Shown here piece by piece: positions 13,132-21,387 of a stretch of DNA of 38,432 nt. A model generated the notes under the pieces. It was not told the DNA's origin, made no database searches, and saw only the letters and a program-made list of their open reading frames with translations. Numbering within the stretch: the stretch's first letter is position 1; each line of letters begins with the position of its first letter. The position numbers and the translations under genes are program-made. Origin of the DNA: a virus; IMG/VR virus record IMGVR_UViG_3300037755_000578, positions 1 to 38,432 of that record. One strand, 5' to 3'.

Positions 13132-14798
13132 GGCTCGTAGCCCTCGAAATCGTCCTCGCCGAGGTACGTGTCGGGCTCGGGGGCTTGCTCGGAGTATTCC
13201 GGCTCTGGCCCGACCTCGAGCAGCACGGGGCGAGCGCGCTCTGTCGGCTCCGGGTCCAGTGAGACGATCTTGTACTCGACCGTAAGCCGCTTGTTCCCTG
13301 CTCGGACCTCGCGACCCTGCTCGAAGTGTCCGGACTCCACCAGGGCATTGCAGAGCGCCTCTGTCGTGTCTCTGCTCAGTGTAAGCCCGCGTCTTAGCTG
13401 GGCTAATGTCACGGCAGAGCCCACGGAATGGGTCAATGCAGAGGAGAGCCAGAGCAGAGCCCGGCGGGAGAGGGTGGGGAGGGTGGGGCGGGGTGGTTCT
13501 ACCTGTCGGGCATGGGGTAAGGCCGCGGAATAAAGAGAGTTTATTAAGTAAGTAAGTTTCGAAATCACCCGTACACGCGCGACCCCCCCCGCAGCCGTCT
13601 GCGCCCTGCTCTGCTCTGCGCTGTGACTTTGGGCCCCAAGCTCGGTGATTGCGAGCACGCGACAGATTCGTCCGAGTGTCCGGGCGTTCCATCCTGCGGC
13701 CCCCTTGCCCTCGAGTCGGTCCGCCTCCAGTCGAGCATGGAAGCTGCGCAGCTCCGGGGTCAGCTCCGGGGGCACCCTCCAGACCGTTGCGGGCTCCAGC
13801 GCGGCCAGACCCACCAGCCACCGGTGGTAACCCGCCTGGACCTCCTGGGGCACCTCTGGGGCATCCCAGGGCATCTCCCGCGCGTTGTCGGCGCAATGGG
13901 TCATCAGGCAGCGCCCCAGGAGGCCGTTGGAGCCCAGCTCTGGCTTTGCCCGCAGCTCGTCCAGGTAGTGGGGTTGGACGAGCAGGAGCAGGCTCAGGTG
14001 CGCCGCGTCGAGGTGCGTGTCGGCGGTCGCGTCCTGGCCGTGTACGGTGCGCACCATGTCGATCGGCTCGCCCGCGTAGCCCTTCAATAGTGGGTCAACG
14101 TTGACCTGCCCCGAATGGCGACCGAGCAGGTTGGCGAGAAAGGTGCCTTCGGCGTCGAGGACCGCGAGCCGCGCTATGCCCTCGGCGTCCTGATTGTGGC
14201 GGAGCTTGCGCGGGACGACGGTGGGGTTGATGTCGTCGTATAGCCAGCGGGGGATCTTGGGCACCTCGGTCTGCGCCAGGTCGTCATTCAGCTTTTTCAG
14301 GAGCATCCGGGCCTCTTGCGCGCTCTCGGTCCAGGACTCCTCTGGCTTCTGCTTCTGGAGGGTCTTGCGGATCAGCACCTCGAGCCGGGCTCGCTCGCTC
14401 TTGGCGCGAAGGATGACCGGCTCCAGCTCGGCCTCGCGTTGGCGCTGTAGAGCTCTAATCGGGGCCGTCGCCAGCTTCAGGAGCGCGCTTTTGCGGGTTC
14501 CGGTGCCGGAGAACACCAGCCAGTAGAGCGAGAGCGGCTCACGCCAGCCGGGTTTGATCTCGACCTCGGCCTTGCCCTGGAGGACCGTGCACGCGGCGGT
14601 AAGGGCTGCCGCTATGGCCATCGCCTTGGGCACCCCCAGCGAGACGTGGCAGGCATCGACCCAGAGCCCCACCGGCTCTGGTAGCCACCAGCTCTCCATG
14701 TCGGGCGAGACCATGTCCGCCTCGAGCGCGGTCGGGAGCGGGGCGGGAGGCGCGGGTTTGAGTCCGCGCGAGAACAGCGGCTTGACGTTGTCCGTCAT
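13128..14798 (-). CDS. DUF3987-like replication protein (556 aa; primase/helicase-associated family) with a winged-helix-like C-terminus
   Basis: Track ORF MTDNVKPLFSRGLKPAP...WWLPEPVGLWVDACHVSLGVPKAMAIAAALTAACTVLQGKAEV..LYWLVFSGTGTRKSALLK..LAVLDAEGTF.. The layout matches the DUF3987 pattern as I recall it: substrate-loop N-terminus, a degenerate P-loop and an acidic box. Confidence 0.6.
   Translation of the reverse strand: MTDNVKPLFSRGLKPAPPAPLPTALEADMVSPDMESWWLPEPVGLWVDACHVSLGVPKAMAIAAALTAACTVLQGKAEVEIKPGWREPLSLYWLVFSGTGTRKSALLKLATAPIRALQRQREAELEPVILRAKSERARLEVLIRKTLQKQKPEESWTESAQEARMLLKKLNDDLAQTEVPKIPRWLYDDINPTVVPRKLRHNQDAEGIARLAVLDAEGTFLANLLGRHSGQVNVDPLLKGYAGEPIDMVRTVHGQDATADTHLDAAHLSLLLLVQPHYLDELRAKPELGSNGLLGRCLMTHCADNAREMPWDAPEVPQEVQAGYHRWLVGLAALEPATVWRVPPELTPELRSFHARLEADRLEGKGAAGWNARTLGRICRVLAITELGAQSHSAEQSRAQTAAGGVARVRVISKLTYLINSLYSAALPHARQVEPPRPTLPTLSRRALLWLSSALTHSVGSAVTLAQLRRGLTLSRDTTEALCNALVESGHFEQGREVRAGNKRLTVEYKIVSLDPEPTERARPVLLEVGPEPEYSEQAPEPDTYLGEDDFEGYEP
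13529..13566. other. 38-bp AT-rich island with (TAAG)x3 inside the DUF3987-like gene
   Basis: aataaagagagtttattaagtaagtaagtttcgaaat. The codons here have A/T third positions, opposite to the rest of the gene. A G-run block (13472-13496) and a C8 run (13583-13590) flank it. Confidence 0.4.
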
Positions 14799-15085
14799 GC
14801 TGCGGGCCTGCCCTGCGCAGCGGCGTCGCAGCGGCGATTAGTCTCGGCGATGAGTCGCGCCTGCCAGAGAAACCAACTCGATGCGGAGCGGCGGGCGACC
14901 AGGAACGAGCGGTACAGCACCGAGACCTCGCTCTGGAAGAGCTCCTCGGCCTCGTCTGATAGTGGCACGCCGAGACGAGCGTACACTTCCAGCACTGCGC
15001 ATTCTAACAGGCGCTGTTTCGCCTCATGAGACAGCGGACGCAGCTCTACTGCGAGCGCATCCGTGCGCTCTTTCGATAAGCTCAT
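14795..15085 (-). CDS. Hypothetical protein (96 aa) preceding the DUF3987-like gene
   Basis: Internal ATG at 15085 (MSLSKERTDALAVELRPLSHEAKQRLLE...) with GAGGAG 2 nt upstream. It forms an ATGA overlap with the next gene. Confidence 0.6.
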   Translation of the reverse strand: MSLSKERTDALAVELRPLSHEAKQRLLECAVLEVYARLGVPLSDEAEELFQSEVSVLYRSFLVARRSASSWFLWQARLIAETNRRCDAAAQGRPAA

Positions 15086-15432
15086 AACTCCTCGGGGGGT
15101 TGCGGGGCGGAAGCTCACGACCTCGGGTGTTTCAGGCCCGAAGCGGCCCGGGAGCTACCCGGGCCGGCGCATGAGCGGCGCGTTTCATTACTGACACGGT
15201 CTTTTCACTGTTGCAATGTAGGTATGGGCCATGCCGCCGCGCGGCATGGCATAACGACACGTGGCCACAGTGAACCACCGCGGGACAGGTTGACGGCGCC
15301 CCCGCAGCTCTGGCACGATGAGCGTGTCCTGTGCTTCGGCGCGCGGATGCGGTGAACGACTCGACTCTTTGACTCCCTCTCGATGGGTGCCCCGATCGTC
15401 TTGCAGCGGTCGGGGCACTGGCCTTTTGGGGG
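15086..15432 (-). promoter_or_regulatory. Non-coding hub between the helicase gene and the next operon, with three stem-loops and a sigma70-like promoter candidate
   Basis: There is no GC3-biased ORF in this region. Hairpins lie at 15387-15418 (9-bp stem), 15228-15250 (10-bp stem) and 15145-15165 (8-bp stem). On the minus strand, TTGCAA-N18-AGTAAT occupies 15187-15216. Confidence 0.45.
15228..15250 (-). terminator. Near-perfect palindromic hairpin gccatgccgc-cgc-gcggcatggc just upstream of the promoter candidate
   Basis: 10-bp GC-rich stem with a 3-nt loop. On the minus strand it is followed by ccauaccuacauu. Confidence 0.35.
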
Positions 15433-16896
15433 TCAAAACGGGATCTCATCGGCGCCGTGGATGACGGACGAGTCGAGCTGACGGCGGGAGCGTGATGGCT
15501 TCCACTCCTGCGCCCGCTCCAGAGCTGCGCTCGCTGCGGTCAGCTTCTCGGGTTCCAGCGAGTCGAACCAACACTCTTCGTGGAACACCTCGCCCTTCTG
15601 TCGCCAGAAGATGGTTTCGCCGAGCTTCATGCGCTTGCGACATTGCAGGCAGACCGACTGGTAACGGGCCTCGAACTGGCGCGGAGGGGCGATCGACGTG
15701 GCTTCGGCGAATCGGTGCCAGACCCACCCCTGCTTATAATTGAGCTCCTCTGCCTGGGCTTGCAGGTCGCGGTAGCGGGACAGCAGCGTGTCCCGCACGA
15801 GCTTGTACCGGCTCTCGATCTCGCGGTACGGCTCGACGATGAGCGGCTCCCGCTCCTCCTCGTCCTCGTCCTTGGGCTCGACGAAGTTTTTCATCCCGGC
15901 GCCGTCCAGCGAGTACACGCGATCGTCGGTGGGCAGCCCGTGCTTCACGGAGGCGTTGGTGATGTCGATGATCAGCGCCCGCTGCTTGCCCGCGAACGGA
16001 CGGAGCACGCGGCCGCACCGCTGCATGTAGTCGCCCAGGTGGTCGACGTAGCGCCGTAGAACGCAGACCTCGGCGCGGGGCGAATCGAAGCCCTCGGCGA
16101 GCGCCGTTGGTGAGCACAGCATGTCCAGCTCGCCGCGGGTGTAGGCGTCGAATATGACCCGGCGCGCGTCCGTGTCCGTGCTCCAGCAAACCAGCTCGGC
16201 GCGCACCCCAGCCTCGCGGTACCGGGCAATGGCGGCCTCGCAGGCTTCCACGGTCACCTCGAAGTGAATCCCCGGACGCCAGACGCCGGGGCGCGTGTCG
16301 CCCTCGGGTAGCCTGCCCTGCTCGAGGTAGGCGGCCACGCCGTCCGGGCGTACCTTGCGCTTCTGCTGGTCCTTGCGCCCGACCTCGGAGCGGGACACGT
16401 CGCACTTGCAGAGGTAGCCGTCTCGCACGAGGTCGCTGTAGCGTGCGGCAACGATCATGTCGTCGAAACAGTCACCGAGCGGGGTGCCGTCCGCGCGCTT
16501 CGGGGTGGCGGTCATCCCGAAGACGCGCATGTGAGCGAGCCAGGGCAGCACCGTGCTCCAGAGCCCCGCGGCCAGGTGGTGGGCCTCGTCGGCGAAGCAC
16601 ACGTCATGGCGCGCGAGCCCGGCGCGGCGCTTGTCGCCGGCTGCACCCTTCGCGGTCAGGCCTTGGATGGTGTAGACGCGCACCCCAGGCAGCCGGCGCG
16701 CGGTCTGTTCCATGAGGGTGTCGGTGTGGACGATGGCCATCGGGCTCGCTGCATCGGCGAGAGCCATCTTGGCCATTTCGGTCTTGCCGGCGCCGGTGGG
16801 GGCCACGACGAGGGGCCGCTTTTTGCCGGCGCTCCAGCTGGCGAACAGGGCCGCTACCGCGGTCGCTTGGTACGGACGGGGTTGAAACGTGCTCAT
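15433..16896 (-). CDS. SF2 DEAD/DEAH-box DNA helicase (487 aa) with a C-terminal Cys cluster
   Basis: Track ORF MSTFQPRPYQATAVAALF.. carries Walker A APTGAGKT, motif II FADEAHH, MTATP, and a later CLQCRK...HEEC. ATG at 16896. Confidence 0.85.
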   Translation of the reverse strand: MSTFQPRPYQATAVAALFASWSAGKKRPLVVAPTGAGKTEMAKMALADAASPMAIVHTDTLMEQTARRLPGVRVYTIQGLTAKGAAGDKRRAGLARHDVCFADEAHHLAAGLWSTVLPWLAHMRVFGMTATPKRADGTPLGDCFDDMIVAARYSDLVRDGYLCKCDVSRSEVGRKDQQKRKVRPDGVAAYLEQGRLPEGDTRPGVWRPGIHFEVTVEACEAAIARYREAGVRAELVCWSTDTDARRVIFDAYTRGELDMLCSPTALAEGFDSPRAEVCVLRRYVDHLGDYMQRCGRVLRPFAGKQRALIIDITNASVKHGLPTDDRVYSLDGAGMKNFVEPKDEDEEEREPLIVEPYREIESRYKLVRDTLLSRYRDLQAQAEELNYKQGWVWHRFAEATSIAPPRQFEARYQSVCLQCRKRMKLGETIFWRQKGEVFHEECWFDSLEPEKLTAASAALERAQEWKPSRSRRQLDSSVIHGADEIPF

Positions 16897-16955
16897 TGGT
16901 TAACCTTGGCAGAAACTTCTGGACACGTCAAGCCGGTTGGCTTAAGGTTCTCGAC
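16897..16955. promoter_or_regulatory. 59-bp divergent control region between the helicase gene (-) and the HTH gene (+)
   Basis: This is the only gap between the two divergent early operons. It contains the palindrome ggttaacc and the inverted repeat aagcc-ggtt-ggctt. Confidence 0.4.
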
Positions 16956-17207
16956 ATGGCGAAACAGAAGGAGCCCAACCCCGAGATGGGTGCGCGTGCC
17001 AAGGCACGGCGCGAAGCTCTCGGCATTGCAAAGAACGAGATGGCCGTAACGCTCGACATTGGCACGGGCCGGCTGTCGCAAATGGAGGCCGACGGTGTGG
17101 ACGGTATCTCGCTGATCCGCCGCTGGGCAGCCGCCCTGGACATGGACCCGCAAGAGCTGGCTTTCGGTGCGCCCGAGCCGGCCAAAAAGAAAGGTGCGAA
17201 ACGATGA
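16956..17207 (+). CDS. XRE/Cro-like helix-turn-helix transcriptional regulator (83 aa)
   Basis: Internal ATG at 16956: MAKQKEPNPEMGARAKARREALGIAKNEMAVTLDIGTGRLSQMEADGVDGISLIRRWAAALDMDPQELAF. This is a typical HTH_3 pattern. Confidence 0.7.
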   Translation: MAKQKEPNPEMGARAKARREALGIAKNEMAVTLDIGTGRLSQMEADGVDGISLIRRWAAALDMDPQELAFGAPEPAKKKGAKR

Positions 17208-17659
17208 GCGCTGCACAACATGCCCCAAGCCCCGACTACTCGATCGCGGAGGCGTACGTTGATTGGACGATCCTATTTTGCTGCGACTGCGCTGACCTGT
17301 GCCTGACGACCGGCGGCGATAGGCGCTGCGAGCCCTGCCAGCAGTACCACCTGGACGAGGTCGCGAGCCTGAAGCGGGCGCTCCTCGAATCTCCGGCCGC
17401 CACCGTCGCGCTGTTGCGCAGCATGGGCGCCGGCTCCGAGGCCATCAAGCGCACCGGCGGACTGAACGACCCGGGCGATATCCTGTGCCGTGAGTGCGGC
17501 GAGAGCGCGGGGGAATACGTTGGTTACGTGGATCACCTCGACGGGAAAGCCGCCGTCTGCCCCCACTGCGCGACGCATGGGAAGATTGTGGTCGACGACG
17601 ACGAAGGGGCCGCGACGATCTACTTCCGGGCGTTCACGCCGAAGGAGCTTGGGCTGTGA
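17204..17659 (+). CDS. Cys-rich (double zinc-ribbon-like) protein (151 aa)
   Basis: Track ORF MSAAQHAPSPDYSIAEAYVDWTILFCCDCADLCLTTGGDRRCEPCQ...CRECGES...CPHCATHG. ATGA overlap. Confidence 0.65.
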   Translation: MSAAQHAPSPDYSIAEAYVDWTILFCCDCADLCLTTGGDRRCEPCQQYHLDEVASLKRALLESPAATVALLRSMGAGSEAIKRTGGLNDPGDILCRECGESAGEYVGYVDHLDGKAAVCPHCATHGKIVVDDDEGAATIYFRAFTPKELGL

Positions 17660-18540
17660 GCGGGTATCCCATGAGCACCAGCGTCGTCGTGGCGTACCCG
17701 TTCACGCCGGACGCCCTCGCGGCCAAGGTCGACGTGCTCCGGGGCCACGCGTTCACGACTCCGAGCCTCTACCGCGAAGGGACCAAGGCTATCGCGACGT
17801 GCCGCGAGCTGCGGGTGCAGATCGAGGAGCGCCGGAAGCTGCTGAAGCAGGATAGCCTGGAGTACGGGCGCAAGGTCGACGCGGTGGCAAAGGAGCTGAC
17901 GGCCATCATCGAAGCCGTGGAGTCCGGACTCAAGTCGGCCAAGCTGGAGGTCGACAACGAGAAGGCGCGGCTCAAACGAGAGGCCGAGGAGGCGGAGCGG
18001 GCGCGTGTGGAAGCCGAGGTAAGGGCGAAGCGGGAGGCCGAGGAGGCCGAGCTTGCCGAGCGGCGGAGGGCCGAGCTTGCCCAGATCGAAGCGCAACAGG
18101 CCGAGATTGCCGCGCAACGCAAGGCGCTCGAGGCGGAACGGAAGGCACACGCGGCCGAGCTGGCGAAGCAGCGCGCCGAGCAGGAGCACCAGCGGCTCGC
18201 CATGGAACGCGAGCGGACCCAGCACGCGGCCGAGCTGGCCGAGCTGCGGGCGAAGCGGGAGGCCGCGGAGGCCGAGCGCCGCGCCCAGGAGGAAGCCGCC
18301 AGGCTCGCTGCGGAAGCCGAGGAAGCGCGCATCAACGCTCTGGAGTACGAGCGCGAACGGCAGCGCCGGCTGGCAGCGCTGAAGCCTGACCTCGACAAGC
18401 TGGGCGCATGGGCGGACGCCGTTCGGGCTGCGGCGGACGCGTTCCCGGAGCTGACGACTGAAGCCGGCAACGGCTTCGTGTCTGACGTGTGCGATGGGCT
18501 GTATGAGCAGTGCGACACCATCCGGAGCTGGCGCCCATGA
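17656..18540 (+). CDS. Protein with a long charged coiled coil / single alpha-helix (294 aa); the N-terminus is DUF1351-like (tentative)
   Basis: GTG at 17656 with AAGGAG 8 nt upstream and a GTGA overlap. The sequence ...RKLLKQDSLEYGRKVDAVAKELTAIIEAV... is followed by about 150 aa of E/R/A/K repeats (REAEEAERARVEAEVRAKREAEEAELAERRRAEL...). Confidence 0.6.
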   Translation: MSGYPMSTSVVVAYPFTPDALAAKVDVLRGHAFTTPSLYREGTKAIATCRELRVQIEERRKLLKQDSLEYGRKVDAVAKELTAIIEAVESGLKSAKLEVDNEKARLKREAEEAERARVEAEVRAKREAEEAELAERRRAELAQIEAQQAEIAAQRKALEAERKAHAAELAKQRAEQEHQRLAMERERTQHAAELAELRAKREAAEAERRAQEEAARLAAEAEEARINALEYERERQRRLAALKPDLDKLGAWADAVRAAADAFPELTTEAGNGFVSDVCDGLYEQCDTIRSWRP

Positions 18541-18722
18541 GCCGGCGCGGTAAGGCGCACCAGCAGCGGGAGCGATGCCGCTCCCGCCGCGCGCTCGACC
18601 GGGCCATTCTGCGCTGCGTGCGGCAGCTGACCTGGCACGACCCGAACGGAGCGCCTCGAATCTGCCTGGCGGACACGATCGAACTCATTGGACTGAAACT
18701 CGCGAGGGATAAAGCATCATGA
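18537..18722 (+). CDS. Small basic protein (61 aa)
   Basis: Internal ATG at 18537 (MSRRGKAHQQRERCRSRRALDRAILRCVRQLTWHDPNG...). ATGA overlap. Confidence 0.45.
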   Translation: MSRRGKAHQQRERCRSRRALDRAILRCVRQLTWHDPNGAPRICLADTIELIGLKLARDKAS

Positions 18723-18925
18723 ATAAGCAGAAAGTGATCGAAGCCGTGTTTGGGCTGACCGAGGCCGGCGTGTTGAGCTCAAAGCAGGCTCTCACACTGA
18801 TGTGGGAGCATGGCCACCGCACCGGACGCGAGGAGTGCGAGAAGACGCACGCCAATGCCAGCGTCTACCTACAGCAGATTGCATCAACGGCGTCCGCCCC
18901 AGTACCAGGGACACAGTACCGATGA
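18719..18925 (+). CDS. Hypothetical protein (68 aa)
   Basis: Track ORF MNKQKVIEAVFGLTEAGVLSSKQALTLMWEHGHRTG... ATGA overlaps occur at both ends. Confidence 0.55.
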   Translation: MNKQKVIEAVFGLTEAGVLSSKQALTLMWEHGHRTGREECEKTHANASVYLQQIASTASAPVPGTQYR

Positions 18926-19800
18926 ACGCTCCACGCTTTCACCAGAGTCAGGCCAAGGTGCTCCTGACCGAGTGTCCCGCCGTGCTGAAACGCCAGCTGA
19001 CGACCGAGCGCACGCAAAGCCGAGCCATGGAAGCGGGCAGCCTGCTCGACATGCTCGTGTTTGGCCAGGATGACCGCTACGAGATTGTGGATGCCCGGTA
19101 CCGGAGCGGGCCGCGCGAGGGGCAACCCGCAACCGACTGGCTCGGGAAAGAGGCCAAGCAGCAACGCGACGAGATTCGAGCCCGGGGGCAGCTGCCCGTG
19201 CTGGAATGCGAGGTCGATGCGATGGCACCGACAGCGGAGGCCATCCGTGAGCGCATCGCGCGCCTGGCTGCCGAGATGGCCGGCAGCTACACACCCGAGG
19301 TCATCTACCAGCCCACGCTGCAATGGACGAGCGAGCTTGGCGTCGAGTGCGAAGGCACGCCAGACGTTGTCGTCGTGGTGCCCATGCGGGACATGGTGAA
19401 GGTCTGCACCATCGACGTCAAACACACCGCGTTTCTACAGCCGAAGCGCTTCAATGCTCAGGTGTACGCGATGGGATGGGATGTGCAGGGGGCGGCCTAT
19501 CGCGAGGCAGCCGCGCGTTACTACGAAGCCGAGCGAGGCGTTTACACGTTCCACCTCGATCACGTCATCCTGGCCACCAGCTCGACGCAAGCAGGCCTGC
19601 CCCCGTGCGCGCGTCCGCTCGATCCGGTGTACATGGAAGTAGGGAAACGCCGCTGGGAAAAGGGTCAGCGAATGTGGAAGGAATGTCTGGACACTGACAG
19701 CTGGCCATCTTACTCTGAGGCCCCAGCCGTGCCCTCACACTTCGTCGTGCGGACCGAGCTGGAGGCGTTCGAGTCAACAGAGTTTCCGGAGGAGTCATGA
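18922..19800 (+). CDS. PD-(D/E)XK (RecB/Cas4-like) nuclease (292 aa)
   Basis: Internal ATG at 18922 (MNAPRFHQSQAKVLLTECPAVLKRQL...). Motifs seen: GTPDVVVVV, IDVKH (D/E-x-K) and QVYAMGW (QxxxY). Confidence 0.65.
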   Translation: MNAPRFHQSQAKVLLTECPAVLKRQLTTERTQSRAMEAGSLLDMLVFGQDDRYEIVDARYRSGPREGQPATDWLGKEAKQQRDEIRARGQLPVLECEVDAMAPTAEAIRERIARLAAEMAGSYTPEVIYQPTLQWTSELGVECEGTPDVVVVVPMRDMVKVCTIDVKHTAFLQPKRFNAQVYAMGWDVQGAAYREAAARYYEAERGVYTFHLDHVILATSSTQAGLPPCARPLDPVYMEVGKRRWEKGQRMWKECLDTDSWPSYSEAPAVPSHFVVRTELEAFESTEFPEES

Positions 19801-20393
19801 GCAAGGTTCCGTTCGATGAGTACACGGTGCGGGAGATACCAAAGGAGGCTGTGCACTGGCGCAACTCCTTTGACTCTCGGTACCTTCGCCACTTCTGGCT
19901 GAATGGAAAGCCGCGGGTGGTGACGATCGCGAAGGTGCAAGAGCTGCAATCCAAGAACAGCCGGACCGGAGAGACGAAGACTCAGATCCTGGTGACGCTG
20001 GCCGAGGCTGAGAAGCCTTGGGCGATCAACGTCACCAATTGCGACATCATCGAGATGTTGACGAGCAAGGCCAACCCGCGCGAATGGGTCGGCACCCGAA
20101 TCGAGCTCTACCCGACGAAGACCCGCGGCCCCACGGGCGCAATGGTCGACTGCATCCGCGTGCGGGACAGGCTGCCCGAGGCAACGCGCAAGGCAGAGAA
20201 GCCGAAGCATCGCCAGGAGGTCAGCCAGCTGTTGCGCGAGATGAAAGACGCGAAAGACCTCGGCGAGCTGGTGGCGGTCGGCGGCAAGGTGTCGAGCGAC
20301 CCGGAGCTATCGGACGACGAACGGCTATTTCTGCGCAACGCTCTGGCTCGGCGCTCCGAGCAGCTCTCTGCGCCTGGCGAGGGGCAGCTGTGA
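19797..20393 (+). CDS. Hypothetical protein (198 aa); possibly an OB-fold/ssDNA-binding partner of the nuclease (weak)
   Basis: Track ORF MSKVPFDEYTVREIPKEAVHWRNSF...KPWAINVTNCDIIEMLTSKANPREWVGTRIELYP... ATGA overlap. Confidence 0.55.
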   Translation: MSKVPFDEYTVREIPKEAVHWRNSFDSRYLRHFWLNGKPRVVTIAKVQELQSKNSRTGETKTQILVTLAEAEKPWAINVTNCDIIEMLTSKANPREWVGTRIELYPTKTRGPTGAMVDCIRVRDRLPEATRKAEKPKHRQEVSQLLREMKDAKDLGELVAVGGKVSSDPELSDDERLFLRNALARRSEQLSAPGEGQL

Positions 20394-20875
20394 GGACGCC
20401 AACGGAACGCATCATCATCGTGGGCGGACCGCGCCGGGGAAAGAGCACCATGGCGCACGAGCTTGCTGGGCCGTGGGATGGCCGCAAGGGGGCCGCGCCC
20501 ATCCGCTGCGGTGACCCGCTCTCGAAGGTGAAAGAGCCCGTGCTCGGCGTCGAGTACCTGCCCGAGGGGATTCCCATCTCGGGTGACGACGGCGCGGCGC
20601 AATGGGTCGCAGACAATTGGTTCGTGCGGCCTGGCCCCTGGGTCTGCGAAGGCTGGGTGATGGCTCGCGCGCTTCGCCGCTGGCTGGGCGGCAACGCTGA
20701 GCCCTCAAGCAACTCCAAGCTGGACCGCTTCTCGCGCCCCGCTGACCGCATCATCGTGCTGAGCGGCCCCGCCTGGGTCGAGAGCAGCAAAGGTCAGGAG
20801 TCGATGCACAAGGCAGTGATGACCGTGTGGTGCCAGGTCGCGCACCACTTCCGCGACATAACGGAGGACCGATGA
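20390..20875 (+). CDS. Small P-loop NTPase/kinase-like protein (161 aa)
   Basis: GTG at 20390 (GTGA overlap): VRTPTERIIIVGGPRRGKSTMAHEL... with Walker A GGPRRGKST and a later hydrophobic strand DRIIVLSGP. Confidence 0.6.
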   Translation: MRTPTERIIIVGGPRRGKSTMAHELAGPWDGRKGAAPIRCGDPLSKVKEPVLGVEYLPEGIPISGDDGAAQWVADNWFVRPGPWVCEGWVMARALRRWLGGNAEPSSNSKLDRFSRPADRIIVLSGPAWVESSKGQESMHKAVMTVWCQVAHHFRDITEDR

Positions 20876-21387
20876 CACCCGACGAACGCCGAGCGCTGTG
20901 GGCGAGCTGGCCCTATGCAACGTGGTACGACTGCAACGAGGACCGGGAGCGGCTCTCACACTCCGACGCCATGGAGGCCATCGAGGAGGCGCTTGACGGC
21001 CTCGCCCCGGCAGGTGGCTGCCCCGACCTCGAGGAGCTGATCCGCAACGCCTACCCGGGCGGCCTCGACGTGCATTGCTGGGAGCGCCTCGAGGTCAACC
21101 ACGGCGCGCTGGCTGACAGCGCGGTGGAGGCCATGGCCGACCTGTGGGGCGATGAGTATGGCGACCCGGATGGCGACGACGATGGCGACTTTGAGGAGCT
21201 GCACCACCGAATCGCGCTTCTGGTGGCTACGCACTGCCAGACGCACAAGCCGTGGCGCTGCGAAAAGGTGAAGTCATTCAACGTCCCGATCGAAACCCTC
21301 GTCGGCCTGGCGCGGCTCGAATGGCCATCGTGGTTCAGTACCGAGTCCGCCGAGGACCGCCCATCAGGCCCGGCTCCGGCCGTTTGA
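20872..21387 (+). CDS. Acidic hypothetical protein (171 aa)
   Basis: Internal ATG at 20872 (MTPDERRALWASWPYATWYDCNEDRERL...GDEYGDPDGDDDGDFEEL...). ATGA overlap. Its 3' end overlaps terL convergently. Confidence 0.55.
   Translation: MTPDERRALWASWPYATWYDCNEDRERLSHSDAMEAIEEALDGLAPAGGCPDLEELIRNAYPGGLDVHCWERLEVNHGALADSAVEAMADLWGDEYGDPDGDDDGDFEELHHRIALLVATHCQTHKPWRCEKVKSFNVPIETLVGLARLEWPSWFSTESAEDRPSGPAPAV

Noticed and set aside
12874-13896. 340-aa minus ORF, together with 12770..13348 (192 aa)
   Set aside because: Most of their length overlaps the DUF3987-like CDS out of frame and is Arg/Pro/Gly-rich. Only the final 85 codons (12874..13131) and a ~34-codon stretch of the other frame look coding.
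15188-15436. 82-aa minus ORF (TTG start) inside the non-coding hub, together with 15132..15449
   Set aside because: Third-position G/C is only moderate by hand count, far below the genome's coding frames. The start is TTG with no RBS. The region is better explained by hairpins and a promoter.
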